A program made the position numbers and the translations under genes. The notes under the pieces are model-generated. The model was given only the letters and a program-made list of their open reading frames with translations, was not told where the DNA came from and searched no databases. From contig NC_007494.2 of NCBI RefSeq assembly GCF_000012905.2, forward strand, positions 150,001 to 182,000: 32,000 bases of DNA. Reading direction: 5' to 3'. The DNA comes from Cereibacter sphaeroides 2.4.1 (GTDB lineage Bacteria; Pseudomonadota; Alphaproteobacteria; Rhodobacterales; Rhodobacteraceae). How positions within the stretch are numbered: the first letter of the stretch is position 1; every line of letters starts with the position of its first letter. This document shows, in pieces, positions 1 to 9,302 of the stretch.

Positions 1-1292
1 GGCCGCGCGGACCAGACCAGCTGCGGCATGGCCTCGGTGAGCGAGCGGAACATCGCCTCGCTCTCGCGCAGCGCTTCCTCGCTGCGGCGGCGGTCGGTCA
101 CATCCTTGAACACGAGCGCGAACCGCCCGGGGGCTGCGAGCGGCGCGGCAAAGACGTTGAACCAGCGGCCCATCGCATCCGACGGCAGCTCGAACCGCAG
201 CGTCTCGCCCCCCAGCCCCACGCGGGCATAGATCTCGATCCAGTGCCGCTCGAGGTTCGGCACCAGCTCGAGCGCGGTGCGCCCGACGGCATTGACGAGA
301 CCGGTCATGCTTTCGAACAGCGGGTTCGCCTCGAGGAAGCGATAGTCGACCGGGGCGCCCGTCTCGTCCACGATCATCTCGCAGGTGCAGAAGCCCTCGT
401 CGATGGCGGCGAACACGGCGCGGTAATGCGCTTCGCTTTCCCGGAGCTTCTCCTCGGCCTCCTTGCGCGCGGAGATGTCGTAGGCCACGCCCACGAGGCG
501 CTGCGGACGGCCCATGGCATCGGGCCGCGGCTCGCCCATCAGCCGCAGCCAGCGCCGCCCGCCGCTCTCCAGCACGAGCCGCAGCTCCACCTGCATGGGC
601 TCGCCGCGCAGAGCCGCAGCCTCGGCCGCGCGCAGGAGCGGCAGATCCTCGGGATCGACGTAATTCTCGAAAACGGCGACCGGCAGTTCCGGCGGCACAT
701 GGCTCAGGCCGATCAGGCGCGCCACGTCGCCGTCGACCTGCACCAGCCGCTTCTGCAGGTCGAGCTGCCAGACGGTCATCCGGCCGGCCTCCAGCGCCAC
801 CCGCAGCAGCGCATCCTGCTCCTCCCCGGGGCGGAGCGCCGCAATGTGCGGGCTCTTGTCCGGGCAGGGCGCGCGCTGCGGCCGTTCGAGCGCCGGGTCG
901 GCCTGCGTATCGGTGAGGTCGAGATCCACCCCCTCGAGACTGATCGGCTTGCCGTCCAGCCCCATCACGAGCCGCCCGTGGCTGAGGATCTGGCGCATCG
1001 TCCCGTCGGGGCGCAGGATGCGGAAGCCGATGCTGTGGCGGAGGCGGCGTTGCGCCAGCGTCTCGCTGACCGCGGCCACCACGCGGGCGCGGTCGTCCGG
1101 GTGGATCATGGCGCTGAAGGCGGCAAAACCCGGAACCGGCGCGCCCGGCGCAAGGCCGAAGATCGCCCGCTCCTCCTCGGACCAGACCAGCTCCTGAGAC
1201 CGGAGGTCCCAGCGCCAGCGTCCGATCCCCAGCGCAGCTTCGTCCAGAGCTCCGTGACGAGCTTCAACGGTGCCTTGGGCCATCGTCTCCAT
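1..1292 (-). CDS. multi-PAS-domain sensor protein, N-terminal part (C-terminus lies beyond the left window edge)
   Basis: Absent from the ORF track because the frame stays open to the window edge. My minus-strand translation from ATG 1292 (alternative ATG 1283, with GGAGA 5 nt upstream) gives METMAQGTVEARHGALDEAALGIGRWRWDLRSQELVWSEEERAIFGL...MIHPDDRARV...FRILRPDGTMRQI...GVDLDLTD, a PAS fold. A second PAS follows (WQLDLQKRLVQVDGD...YVDPEDLPLL...GVAYDISARKEAEEKLRESEAHYR). A third follows that (AVFAAIDEGFCTCEMIVDETGAPVDYRFLEANPLFESMTG...FKDVTDRRRSEEALRESEAMFRSL). Third-position G/C bias is strong. Confidence 0.8.
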   Translation of the reverse strand, partial: METMAQGTVEARHGALDEAALGIGRWRWDLRSQELVWSEEERAIFGLAPGAPVPGFAAFSAMIHPDDRARVVAAVSETLAQRRLRHSIGFRILRPDGTMRQILSHGRLVMGLDGKPISLEGVDLDLTDTQADPALERPQRAPCPDKSPHIAALRPGEEQDALLRVALEAGRMTVWQLDLQKRLVQVDGDVARLIGLSHVPPELPVAVFENYVDPEDLPLLRAAEAAALRGEPMQVELRLVLESGGRRWLRLMGEPRPDAMGRPQRLVGVAYDISARKEAEEKLRESEAHYRAVFAAIDEGFCTCEMIVDETGAPVDYRFLEANPLFESMTGLVNAVGRTALELVPNLERHWIEIYARVGLGGETLRFELPSDAMGRWFNVFAAPLAAPGRFALVFKDVTDRRRSEEALRESEAMFRSLTEAMPQLVWSAR

Positions 1293-1435
1293 TCTCGTCA
1301 GACCGCGCGGAGGCTCGACTGCCCCGGCGCTCGAACTACCAATATGATCCCCGGCTCCGATTTCGCAACTCCAACTTTGCTGTCGGGCCCCTGTCGGGGA
1401 AGGCCGGCCCGCCAGGCCTGCGCCCATCGGCGCCA

Positions 1436-2387
1436 TCAGGCGGGCCGCACCTCGAGCGTCAGGTGCGAGATCTCGTGCAGATGGCTGAGCTTGCCGCGAT
1501 AATGGTCGGGAGGCCGGGGATCCCCGGACCGCAGCGCCACGATGGCGCCATGATGGCCGGGCCCGAGCTGCCAGACGTGGAGATCGGTGATCCGGTCGCA
1601 GCCGGTCTCGAGCGCCGCGCGGATCTCGGCGGGCAGCTCCTCCTCCTCGGGGATGAAGTCGACCAGCACGCCGCCCGCGCTGCGCAGCAGGCCCAGCGAC
1701 CACCGTGCGATCACCAGAGCGCCGAGAAGGCCGATCAGCGGGTCGAGCCAGACCCAGCCGCCGATACGCCCCCCGATGAGCGCCGCGATGGCGAGGACCG
1801 AGGTCAGCGCGTCTGCCAGCACATGCAGATAGGCCGCGCGCAGGTTGTTGTCCTGCGCATGGTGTCCGTGTCCGTGTCCATGCCCATGATCGAGCCCGTG
1901 CCCATGATCGTGCCCCTCGTGCAGCAGAGCCGCCGAGCCGAGGTTCACCAGAAGCCCGATCACCGCGACCACCGTGGCCTGCCCGAAGTCGATCGGCACA
2001 GGATCGAGGAGGCGCATCGCGCTCTCCCAGCCGATGAGGAGCGCCACGACTGCCAGCACCACCGCGCTGGCAAACCCTGCGAGGTCGCCGAACTTGCCGG
2101 TCCCGAAGGTGAAGCGCCGGTCGCGCGCATGGCGGCGGGCCAGCAGATAGGCCAGCGCCGTAATGAGCAGGGCGGCGGCATGGGTGGACATGTGCCATCC
2201 GTCGGCCACGAGCGCCATCGAGCCGTAGAGCGTGCCCGCCGCGATCTCGATCACCATCATGGCCGAGGTGAAGGGCGATCACGGCCCAGGTGCGGCGCTC
2301 GTTGCGCGCATGGCGGGCGCCGAGGAAGACATGGTCATGGTCGTGACCATGAACCTGGTCGTGCGAACGGGGGGCATGATCGGACAT
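1436..2387 (-). pseudogene. dmeF: cation diffusion facilitator (CDF) metal efflux transporter, DmeF-like, with an apparent 1-nt frameshift near 2270-2273; the uninterrupted ORF is 1436..2260
   Basis: ORF 1436..2260 carries the CDF core: MALVADGWHMSTHAAAL, a His-rich loop HEGHDHGHGLDHGHGHGHGHH, YLHVLADALTSV and a C-terminal cytoplasmic domain. A typical His-rich CDF N-terminus (MSDHAPRSHDQVHGHDHDHVFLGARHARNERRTWAVIAL) starts at ATG 2387, 7 nt after the upstream regulator stop, but in another frame. The two frames join only if one nt is removed in ...GTG ATC GCC CTT c ACC TCG GCC ATG ATG.... Confidence 0.6.
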
Positions 2388-2394
2388 GGTGGCC

Positions 2395-2667
2395 TCACTT
2401 CATGTAGGTGCGGAAGGCGGCGATCATCTCCTCGGCGCCGCGCCTGCGGGCCGCGGCATCCTCGACGCCCGCCACATGATGCTCGAGATGCTCCTCCAGC
2501 AGGTCCGCCGTGAGCCCGCCGGCCGCGCCGCGCACGGCCGCCACGAGCTGCAGAAGGGCGGCACAATCCGCCTCGGCCTCGATGGCCCGCTCCACCGCCT
2601 CGATCTGGCCCTTCAGTCGCCGCACCCGCGCGAGGGTCTTCGATTTGTCTTTCGTCAGATGCGCCAC
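2395..2667 (-). CDS. dmeR: RcnR/FrmR/CsoR-family metal-sensing transcriptional repressor (DmeR-like)
   Basis: 90 aa with a GTG start: MAHLTKDKSKTLARVRRLKGQIEAVERAIEAEADCAALLQLVAAVRGAAGGLTADLLEEHLEHHV. This is the RLKRIEGQ-type helix with the Cys (ADC) and His (HLEHH) ligand positions typical of the DUF156 family. It lies immediately upstream of a CDF transporter gene. Confidence 0.85.
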   Translation of the reverse strand: MAHLTKDKSKTLARVRRLKGQIEAVERAIEAEADCAALLQLVAAVRGAAGGLTADLLEEHLEHHVAGVEDAAARRRGAEEMIAAFRTYMK

Positions 2668-2671
2668 TCAA

Positions 2672-2702
2672 GCCCCCTTATACCTATAGGGGGTATGGGT
2701 AT
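2672..2702. promoter_or_regulatory. putative DmeR/RcnR-type operator (C5 and G5 tracts flanking an AT-rich inverted repeat)
   Basis: gCCCCCTTATACCTATAGGGGGTATGGGTAT lies 5-35 nt upstream of the dmeR GTG. It contains C5-N11-G5 and ATACC-N7-GGTAT dyads. It is an AT-rich island in GC-rich DNA. CsoR/RcnR-family operators are G/C tracts flanked by AT-rich inverted repeats. Confidence 0.45.
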
Positions 2703-2729
2703 CCCGCGCTGCGCGAAGCGTCAATGCCC

Positions 2730-2745
2730 GTTGACAGCTGTCAAC
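2730..2745. repeat. perfect 16-bp palindrome GTTGACAGCTGTCAAC (TTGACA hexamer on both strands)
   Basis: Read directly from the sequence; it equals its own reverse complement. It sits about 65 nt upstream of the dmeR start. Confidence 0.5.
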
Positions 2746-3119
2746 CGGTCGCGGCCGGAGGATCGGCCTGCACCCGAGCCCTCCCGACCCAGAGCCTGCG
2801 GGCCCGGGCGAGGCGGCATCCCGCCCTCCGCTCCGCCGGGCTTGCGCAGCCGGTCATGAGGCCTCGCGGCGCTACGCGGTTGCCGTCGGCCGCACCCACG
2901 GTTCGTCCGGTCGGCCTGAGCGGCAGCGAGAGAGCGGTGTCCGTCGTCTGCCGAACCTCCGCGGAGAGGATGATCGGGAAGGTGCTGGGGGCGATGACGG
3001 AGGTGCCGAGCCCGCAGAAGGAGGCGGGCGCCCGGGGCGAGACGTGGCTAAGGTTCCGGTCACAGCCCGGGCCGGGGAGAGGGCGCTGCGGCATGGGGGG
3101 ATGCGCAGCCTCCGCTGGG

Positions 3120-4808
3120 TCAGGCTGCATCATGACGCCGGAACTCCCTGTCGACCGGATCACCGCCCGCGCTCTCGCCCATGTCGAAGTCGAAGCCGCC
3201 TGCCGTCACCGTCCGCGCGCGCCCCGTCGAACCGATGGATGCCCGAACGGGTTTGCGGGCCGGCGCCTCTGCTTCTTCCGGCAGGGACGGCGCAGCCTCG
3301 GCCACGGAGCCGTTGCCGGAGCCCAGACGGAACTGGCCCATCGTCCGGCGGAGGTCGTTCGCCTGCGTCGAGAGCGCCTCTGCCCCCGCGGCGAGACCCG
3401 TCGCGGCAGAACTCGTCTGCTGGGTCACGCTGTCGAGCTGCTGGATCGCCGCCGCCACCTGCTGCGCTCCGAGCGCCAGTTCTCGGGAGGCGACCGAGAT
3501 GCCGCTGACCAGCGTCGAGGTGCGCTCGATGTCCGGCAGGAGCTGGCCCAGCATCTCGCCGGCGGCACTCGCCGTACGCAGGGTGCGGGCCGAGAGGGCG
3601 GAGATCTCCTCGGCAGCGCCGCGGCTGCGTTCGGCGAGCTTGCGCACTTCGGCCGCGACGACCGCGAAGCCGCGCCCGTGCTCGCCCGCCCGGGCGGCCT
3701 CGACCGCTGCGTTCAGCGCCAGAAGATCGGTCTGGCGCGCGATTTCCTGCACGACCAGGATACGCTCGGCAATGGCCTGCATGGCGTCGACCGCCTCGTT
3801 CACCGCCGACCCCGAGGCCTGAGCCCGGTCCGCCGAGGTGCGGGCCACGGTTTCGGTATTGCCTGCATTGTCGGCGGTCTGGCGGATGTTCGCGGCCATC
3901 TGCTCCACCGAGGCGGAGGCCTCGGCGGTGGCCGAGGCCTGCTCCTGAGCGCCCTGCGACAGTTCTTCGGAGGTGGAGGCCATGGAGGAGCTGCCGCTGC
4001 TCACCCGGTTCACCGCGCCGGTGATCGTGCCCACCATTTCGCGCAACTTCATCACCATGCGGTTGTTCGCGTCGAGAAGCCGTCCGATCTCGTCGCGCGC
4101 ATGGGTTCGGGTCGTGAGGGTGAGATCCCCTTCGGCCACCCGTTCGGCAAGCACCAGCGCCTGATCGAGCCCGCGGGAAATGGAGCGCACGATCAGGGTG
4201 ACGGCAACGCCTCCCAGCACGACGGCAATCGCCAGCGACAGGATGAGATCGCGCTGCGCCTTCGAGAAGCTCGCATCGGCCTTGGCGGCCGCCTCGGCAA
4301 TGTTCCGGGCGCGCCGGTCCTGCAGGTCGGAGAGCAGCTTCGTCCGCTCCGCACGGCTGGTCTTCGAGGAGGGATCCGCAAGGATCCGGGCGGCGCCGCT
4401 CGTGTCGCCGGCCTTCGAGCTGGCGAGCGCACGGTCGATACGCTCGGTCCCGGTCGCCATCACTTCGCCCAGCCGCTTGAGCAGGGCCGCGTCGTCCGCG
4501 TCCGTCAACAGCGGCTTGAGACGCTCGTATATCTCGTTGCGCTGCTGCCGGGCGGCGAGAAGCGTCTCCTCGGCACTGCGACGTTGTTCATCCTCGGTGG
4601 CGATGATGTGGTCGCGGAGCGCGAGGGATTCGCGCTGTTGTTGGTTAACGAGCTGCACACCCAGCTGGGCGGCCGGCTGCTCGACCCGGACCATGCGCTC
4701 GACCTCGCGATCCATCGTGCCCAGCCGCATCAGCGTCAGAGCGGTGGCTGCAGTGAAGAGGAGAAAGACGAAGAGGAAGGCGGCGGCAAGCTTCAACTTG
4801 ATGGACAT
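3120..4808 (-). CDS. methyl-accepting chemotaxis protein (transmembrane chemoreceptor)
   Basis: Domain order is TM1 ([18 protein letters not shown]), a periplasmic helical domain, TM2 ([20 protein letters not shown]), HAMP, then the invariant signalling hairpin [37 protein letters not shown]. An AAGGA-type RBS lies about 12 nt upstream of ATG 4808. The ORF-track start at 5357 adds 183 Arg/Pro/Gly-rich codons that overlap the MarR gene, so I rejected it. Confidence 0.9.
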   Translation of the reverse strand: MSIKLKLAAAFLFVFLLFTAATALTLMRLGTMDREVERMVRVEQPAAQLGVQLVNQQQRESLALRDHIIATEDEQRRSAEETLLAARQQRNEIYERLKPLLTDADDAALLKRLGEVMATGTERIDRALASSKAGDTSGAARILADPSSKTSRAERTKLLSDLQDRRARNIAEAAAKADASFSKAQRDLILSLAIAVVLGGVAVTLIVRSISRGLDQALVLAERVAEGDLTLTTRTHARDEIGRLLDANNRMVMKLREMVGTITGAVNRVSSGSSSMASTSEELSQGAQEQASATAEASASVEQMAANIRQTADNAGNTETVARTSADRAQASGSAVNEAVDAMQAIAERILVVQEIARQTDLLALNAAVEAARAGEHGRGFAVVAAEVRKLAERSRGAAEEISALSARTLRTASAAGEMLGQLLPDIERTSTLVSGISVASRELALGAQQVAAAIQQLDSVTQQTSSAATGLAAGAEALSTQANDLRRTMGQFRLGSGNGSVAEAAPSLPEEAEAPARKPVRASIGSTGRARTVTAGGFDFDMGESAGGDPVDREFRRHDAA

Positions 4809-4960
4809 GGCAATCGCAGTTCCTTCAACAGACATCGAGTGGCCCACGCAGATGGCGAGCCCGATTTCACGGGGGCAGCCGCAAGCGGCGGCCGAGGCGA
4901 TCTCCGATCGCCCCCGGAAGACGGGTATGAGGCAGAGTCGTGAAGAAAGGCTGAGCAGCC

Positions 4961-5425
4961 TCAGACCGCGGCGCGGCGCAGGGCCTCGAGGCCTGCCGCA
5001 AGATCGGAGGGATCGCGGCCGATCCCGCGCTCCAGCGCGGCCATGGTCTCTTCCCAGACCGGGATCGCCCGGCCGAGGAGCCCGCGTCCCGCCTCGGTCA
5101 GGGCAAGTCGCCGCAGGCGCCGGTCGCCGGCATCGGGGCGAACCTGCAGGAGGCCCCGCCGCTCCAGTGGCTTCAGCGCCGCCGTCAGCGTCGTCCGGTC
5201 GACCGCCAGAACCTCCGCCACCTCCGCCATCGCAGGCGGTTCGGGGCGGTTCAACGCTACGAGAAGCGAGAACTGCCCGCTCCTCAGCCCGAAGGGACGG
5301 AAGGCCTCGTCGAAGTGCCGCGCGAGGGTGCGGGCCGCGCGCTGCGCGCCGAGGCACAGACAGCGGTCGCGGATGAGCGGCGTCATGCTGAAGGGGGCGG
5401 CGGGTTCCTTTGACATGAGGTGCAT
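4961..5425 (-). CDS. MarR-family transcriptional regulator
   Basis: [36 protein letters not shown]...[49 protein letters not shown] is a winged helix-turn-helix with the DxR wing motif. An alternative start is ATG 5416. Confidence 0.85.
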   Translation of the reverse strand: MHLMSKEPAAPFSMTPLIRDRCLCLGAQRAARTLARHFDEAFRPFGLRSGQFSLLVALNRPEPPAMAEVAEVLAVDRTTLTAALKPLERRGLLQVRPDAGDRRLRRLALTEAGRGLLGRAIPVWEETMAALERGIGRDPSDLAAGLEALRRAAV

Positions 5426-5444
5426 TATGTTGGTATCAACATAA
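5425..5444. promoter_or_regulatory. inverted repeat TTATGTTG-GTAT-CAACATAA, candidate MarR operator in the divergent marR/GST promoter region
   Basis: Perfect 8-bp arms with a 4-nt spacer. It is AT-rich and abuts the marR start, within the 86-bp gap to the divergent GST gene. Confidence 0.4.
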
Positions 5445-5511
5445 CAAGCAAGCGACTCTGGCGTGACCCGTGAGCCCGTTCGGCAGGATGCCCCATGGAA
5501 AGGTCGCCGAC

Positions 5512-6168
5512 ATGCTCGAACTCTTCGCCCATCCCTTCTCGTCCTACTGCCAGAAGGTCTGGATCGCGCTGCACGAATATGGCCTCGAGGCCCGGCACCG
5601 GATGCTCTCGCCCGAGGAGCCAGAGAACATCGAGCTGCTGGCGGGCTTCTGGCCCTTCCGCAAGATGCCGCTCCTGCTCGACGACGGGCGCCCGGTCAGC
5701 GAGGCCTCGATCATCGTCGAGCATCTGACGCTTCATCATGCGCGCGGGCCGCGGCTGATCCCGGAGGATCCGGTGGCGGCGCTCGAGGTGCGCTTCTGGG
5801 ACCGGTTTTTCGACAATTACGTCGCCACCCCGCAGCAGAAGATCGTGTTCGATGCGATGCGCCCCGAGGAGGCGCGCGATCCTGCGGGCGTGGCCGAGGC
5901 GCGGGCGATGCTCGAGACCGCCTACGGCCTGCTCGAACGGCATCTGCCGGGGCGGACCTGGGTCGTGGGCGAGAGCTTCAGCCTCGCCGATTGTTCGGCG
6001 GCGCCGCAGCTCTTCTATGCCGACTGGACCCATCCGATCGGCGAGGGCTTTCCGCTGGTCGCGGCCTACCGGGCGCGGCTGAACGCCCGGCCCTCGATGG
6101 CCCGCTGCATCGAGGCGGCGCGGCCCTGGCGGCCCTACTTTCCGCTGGGCGCGCCCGACCGCGATTGA
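5512..6168 (+). CDS. glutathione S-transferase family protein
   Basis: MLELFAHPFSSYCQKVWIALHEYGLE...KMPLLLDDGRPVSEASIIVEHL is a thioredoxin-like N-domain. The C-domain includes GESFSLADCSAAPQLFY. GGAAAGG lies 8 nt upstream of ATG 5512. The ORF-track GTG 5470 is probably an over-extension. Confidence 0.85.
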   Translation: MLELFAHPFSSYCQKVWIALHEYGLEARHRMLSPEEPENIELLAGFWPFRKMPLLLDDGRPVSEASIIVEHLTLHHARGPRLIPEDPVAALEVRFWDRFFDNYVATPQQKIVFDAMRPEEARDPAGVAEARAMLETAYGLLERHLPGRTWVVGESFSLADCSAAPQLFYADWTHPIGEGFPLVAAYRARLNARPSMARCIEAARPWRPYFPLGAPDRD

Positions 6169-6199
6169 CGACCTTCGCATGGCTTCAGGGAGGAGACCC

Positions 6200-6898
6200 A
6201 TGGACCGACCCGGACTGACCGTGACCGCCTTCGACTGGGTGCCCGGCTTCGCGCAGGGGCAGGTGCGCGACCTGCGCCCGCGGTGGGCGCTCGAGGAGGC
6301 CGAACTGCCCTACGAGGTGGAGCTTCTGCCGCAGGGGGCTCAGGAAACGCCCGAGCATCTGGCGCGCCAGCCTTTCGGGCAGGTGCCGGTGCTGACCCTC
6401 GACGGGCGCAGCATGTTCGAGAGCGGCGCCTGCGTCTGGCGGATCGCCGAGCGGAGCGAGAGGCTCCTGCCGCGCGACCCGGGCCTGCGCGACGCCTGCC
6501 TGAGCTGGGTGATCGCCGCGCTCAACACGCTCGAGCCGCCGATCATGATGATGGGGATGCTGTGGTTCTTCGAGCGCTGGCCCGACACGTTCGGGCTCGA
6601 GGACCGCGAGGCGCCGGGCAAGGTTCGCGGACCCGCGCGGGGCATGCTGGACAAGCGGCTTGCGCAGTTCGGCCGGGCGCTGGCGGGCCGCGAGACGATC
6701 GTGGGCGACGGTTTCACCGTGGCGGACCTGATGCTGACGTGCGTGCTGCTTCCGGCGGCGCAGATGGATCTGCTCGAGGCCCATCCCGAGGTGAAGGCCT
6801 ATTACGACCGCCACTCGGCCCGGCCGGCCTTCCGGAAGGCGCAGGCCGACCAGATAGCGGCCTTTGCCGAGAATGCCGGAAAATATCGAGCGGCCTGA
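6200..6898 (+). CDS. glutathione S-transferase family protein (second, divergent paralogue)
   Basis: RPRWALEEAELPYEVELL...QPFGQVPVLTLDGRSMFESGACVWRIAE is the GST N-domain, with the QVP and ES motifs. GDGFTVADLMLTCVL belongs to the C-domain. A GGGAGGAG RBS precedes ATG 6200. Confidence 0.8.
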   Translation: MDRPGLTVTAFDWVPGFAQGQVRDLRPRWALEEAELPYEVELLPQGAQETPEHLARQPFGQVPVLTLDGRSMFESGACVWRIAERSERLLPRDPGLRDACLSWVIAALNTLEPPIMMMGMLWFFERWPDTFGLEDREAPGKVRGPARGMLDKRLAQFGRALAGRETIVGDGFTVADLMLTCVLLPAAQMDLLEAHPEVKAYYDRHSARPAFRKAQADQIAAFAENAGKYRAA

Positions 6899-6908
6899 GG
6901 AGGGTGCC

Positions 6909-7385
6909 ATGGATACCGACACGCTGACCACCTGCCTCTGGTTCGACGGGCAGGCCGAAGAGGCCGCGCGCTTCTACTGCGGTCTCCTTCCGCGCTCGGA
7001 GATCACCGAGGTGCTGCACGCGCCCACCGACTATCCGGCCGGGCGCACGGGCGACGTGCTCGACGTCTCCTTCACGCTGATGGGGCGGCCCTTTCTTGCG
7101 CTGAACGGCGGGGCCTACACGCAGTTCACCGAGGCCGTCTCGCTCATGATCCCGTGCCGGACGCAGGAGGAGGTGGACCGTTACTGGCAGGCGCTGTCGG
7201 CCCGGCCGGAAGCCGAGGCCTGCGGCTGGGTGAAGGACCGCTGGGGCCTGTCGTGGCAGATCGTGCCGCTGGTGCTGCCGCGGCTGCTCTCGGACCCCGA
7301 CCGGGCGAAGGCCGGACGGGTGATGCGCGCGATGATGGAGATGAAGAAGATCGACATCGCCGCGCTCGAGGCGGCAGCGGCCTGA
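6909..7385 (+). CDS. VOC-superfamily protein (PhnB / 3-demethylubiquinone-9 3-methyltransferase-like domain)
   Basis: TTCLWFDGQAEEAARFY...FTLMGRPFLALNGG...CGWVKDRWGLSWQIVP...MMEMKKIDIAALEAA is the hallmark motif pattern of this family. A GAGGAGG RBS precedes ATG 6909. Confidence 0.8.
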   Translation: MDTDTLTTCLWFDGQAEEAARFYCGLLPRSEITEVLHAPTDYPAGRTGDVLDVSFTLMGRPFLALNGGAYTQFTEAVSLMIPCRTQEEVDRYWQALSARPEAEACGWVKDRWGLSWQIVPLVLPRLLSDPDRAKAGRVMRAMMEMKKIDIAALEAAAA

Positions 7386-7399
7386 CCTTGGGTGCAGGT

Positions 7400-7428
7400 G
7401 GATGCGGGGGGCCGCCGATCCCGCATCC
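7400..7428. terminator. GC-rich hairpin between convergent genes (VOC gene and dadA)
   Basis: GGATGCGGG-N11-CCCGCATCC, a 9-bp perfect stem. No clear U-tract. Confidence 0.35.
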
Positions 7429-7513
7429 GCCCGACCCGGAGAAGCGGGCGCGCGCTCCGAAGCCCGGGCGTGAAGCCCGAGCCGTGGGAGGGGCCCCGCG
7501 CGCCCGTCCGCCT

Positions 7514-8824
7514 TCAGCCCGCCTGCCGGGCCGGGTTGAGCCTGACCGCGGGCCGCGCGCGGCGGCCTGGGGCGGCATAGCGCTCGATGCCGAGATCGGC
7601 ACTCTCGATCTCGGGCGCGCGCCCGTCGATGAGATCCGACAGCACCCGCGCCGAGCCTGCGGCCATCGTCCAGCCGAGCGTCCCGTGCCCCGTGTTGAGC
7701 CAGAGGCCCGCCACCGGCGTGCGGCCCACCACGGGCGTGCCGTCCGGCGTCATCGGCCGGAGGCCGGTCCAGAAGCTCGCGCGCGACAGATCGCCCGCGC
7801 CGCCGAAGAGGTCGTTCACCGACATGGCAAGCGTCTCGCGCCGTGCCGGGGGCAGGGTGGCGCTGAAGCCCGCCACCTCGGCCATGCCGCCCACACGGAT
7901 CCGGGTGCCGAGCCGCGTGATCGCGATCTTGTAGGTCTCGTCCATCACGGTCGAGACCGGCGCCCGATCGGCATCGACGATGGGCACCGTGATCGAATAG
8001 CCCTTCACCGGATAGACGGGCAGCCGCAGCCCGAGCGGCGCGACCAGCGCGGGCGAATGGGAGCCGAGCGCCACGACGACGGCATCGGCGAGGAACGTGC
8101 CCTTGGTGGTCTCGACGCCCGTGACGCGGCCGCCCTCGACCCTCAGACGCTCGACGCCGGTTCCGTAGCGGAAGCGCACGCCGCCTTCCTCGGCCAGACC
8201 CGCGAGCCCTTGCGTGAACTTGAAACAGTCGCCCGTCTCGTCGCCCGTCAGGCGCAGCCCGCCCGCGATCCTGTCGCGCGCGGCCCGCAGACCCGGCTCG
8301 GCGGCGAGACAGCCGTCGGCATCCAGAAGCTCGAACGGCACCCCGCCTGCGCGCAGCACCTCGATGTCGCGCGCGGCGGCGTCGAGCTGCTTCTGCGAAC
8401 GGAAGAGCTGAAGCGTGCCCTGCTGGCGCTCGTCGAAGGCGAGGCCGGTCGTGGCGCGAAGATCGGTGAGGCAGTCGCGCGAATATTCCGCAAGCCGCAC
8501 CATGCGGCCCTTGTTCTGCGCATAGGCCGCAGGCGTGCAGTTGCGCAGGATCGCCAGAAGGAAGCGGACCTGCGCCGCGTCGAGCCGCGGCCGGATGACC
8601 AGCGGCGCGTGCTTCATGAACATCCAGCGCAGCGCCTTGGCGGGGATGCCGGGCGCGGCCCAGGGCGAGGCATAGCCCGGGCTGATCTCGCCCGCATTGG
8701 CGAAGGAGGTCTCGAGCGCCGCCGCGGGCTGGCGATCCACCACCGTCACCTCGTGCCCCGCCCGCGCCAGCTCGTAAGCCGACGTGACACCGACGACGCC
8801 CGCGCCCAGAACCACGATCCTCAT
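7514..8824 (-). CDS. dadA: D-amino acid dehydrogenase small subunit
   Basis: [69 protein letters not shown] closely parallels the E. coli DadA N-terminus (FAD GxGxxG fold). The C-terminal [16 protein letters not shown] is also present. AGGAGG lies 7 nt upstream of ATG 8824. The ORF-track start at 9064 is rejected. Confidence 0.9.
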   Translation of the reverse strand: MRIVVLGAGVVGVTSAYELARAGHEVTVVDRQPAAALETSFANAGEISPGYASPWAAPGIPAKALRWMFMKHAPLVIRPRLDAAQVRFLLAILRNCTPAAYAQNKGRMVRLAEYSRDCLTDLRATTGLAFDERQQGTLQLFRSQKQLDAAARDIEVLRAGGVPFELLDADGCLAAEPGLRAARDRIAGGLRLTGDETGDCFKFTQGLAGLAEEGGVRFRYGTGVERLRVEGGRVTGVETTKGTFLADAVVVALGSHSPALVAPLGLRLPVYPVKGYSITVPIVDADRAPVSTVMDETYKIAITRLGTRIRVGGMAEVAGFSATLPPARRETLAMSVNDLFGGAGDLSRASFWTGLRPMTPDGTPVVGRTPVAGLWLNTGHGTLGWTMAAGSARVLSDLIDGRAPEIESADLGIERYAAPGRRARPAVRLNPARQAG

Positions 8825-9302
8825 GCCCGCCCTCCTGCTGGAACCTTGCGAGAACCTAGGCGATCCCGATGAGAATGTTCTGGTGAATATGCCCGGTAGA
8901 TCGGGGCGGGGAGCACGATGCTCCCGGATATGCGCCATCTTGCCGCAGGACATTCTGTCAGATCGGTCACCGCCGGAAGGATCCACCATGGCGGCAGGGC
9001 CGTTTCGCTTTCGCCCTGCGAGGGCGAGGCAGGTGCAGGCAACGGCAGCACCCGAGGCCGGCATACCGACCGCCTGTCGGCTCTGGAAATCCCTCAGCTC
9101 TATTGCGCACCCAGATCCACGCCCCGTCCGCCAGCAGGGAGCGGCTGGACCTCCACCTTCCGCAGCCTGCCGTCCGGCTTCTCCGGTGTCCGGTCAACCG
9201 TGACTGTTCATTGTCCGACAAGACGAGCGGCAGCCTGCTCTCGTGGACCTGCGAGCGGTGGTCAGGCAGACCTCGTGCCGGTCCTCCCGCTCCGTCGCGG
9301 CC

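Noticed and set aside
243-2407. Long plus-strand ORFs 243..1502 (419 aa) and 1463..2407 (314 aa)
   Set aside because: They are antisense to the PAS sensor and CDF genes. The translations are Arg/Ala/Gly/Pro/His-rich with no recognisable motifs. Such mirror ORFs are expected when the opposite strand has very high third-position G/C.
2724-4943. 739-aa plus-strand ORF, and the 3181..3822 and 4180..5376 ORFs
   Set aside because: They are antisense to a textbook chemoreceptor whose signalling hairpin is unmistakable. The plus-strand products are low-complexity.
4809-5357. N-terminal 183-codon extension of the chemoreceptor ORF (track start 5357)
   Set aside because: The extension is Arg/Pro/Gly-rich and overlaps the MarR gene in another frame. 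The receptor has a canonical MSIKLKL TM1 start with an RBS at 4808.
7154-8872. 572-aa plus-strand ORF, and other ORFs across 7144-9541
   Set aside because: They are antisense to or overlap dadA, which matches E. coli DadA closely. Their composition is typical of GC-rich shadow frames.
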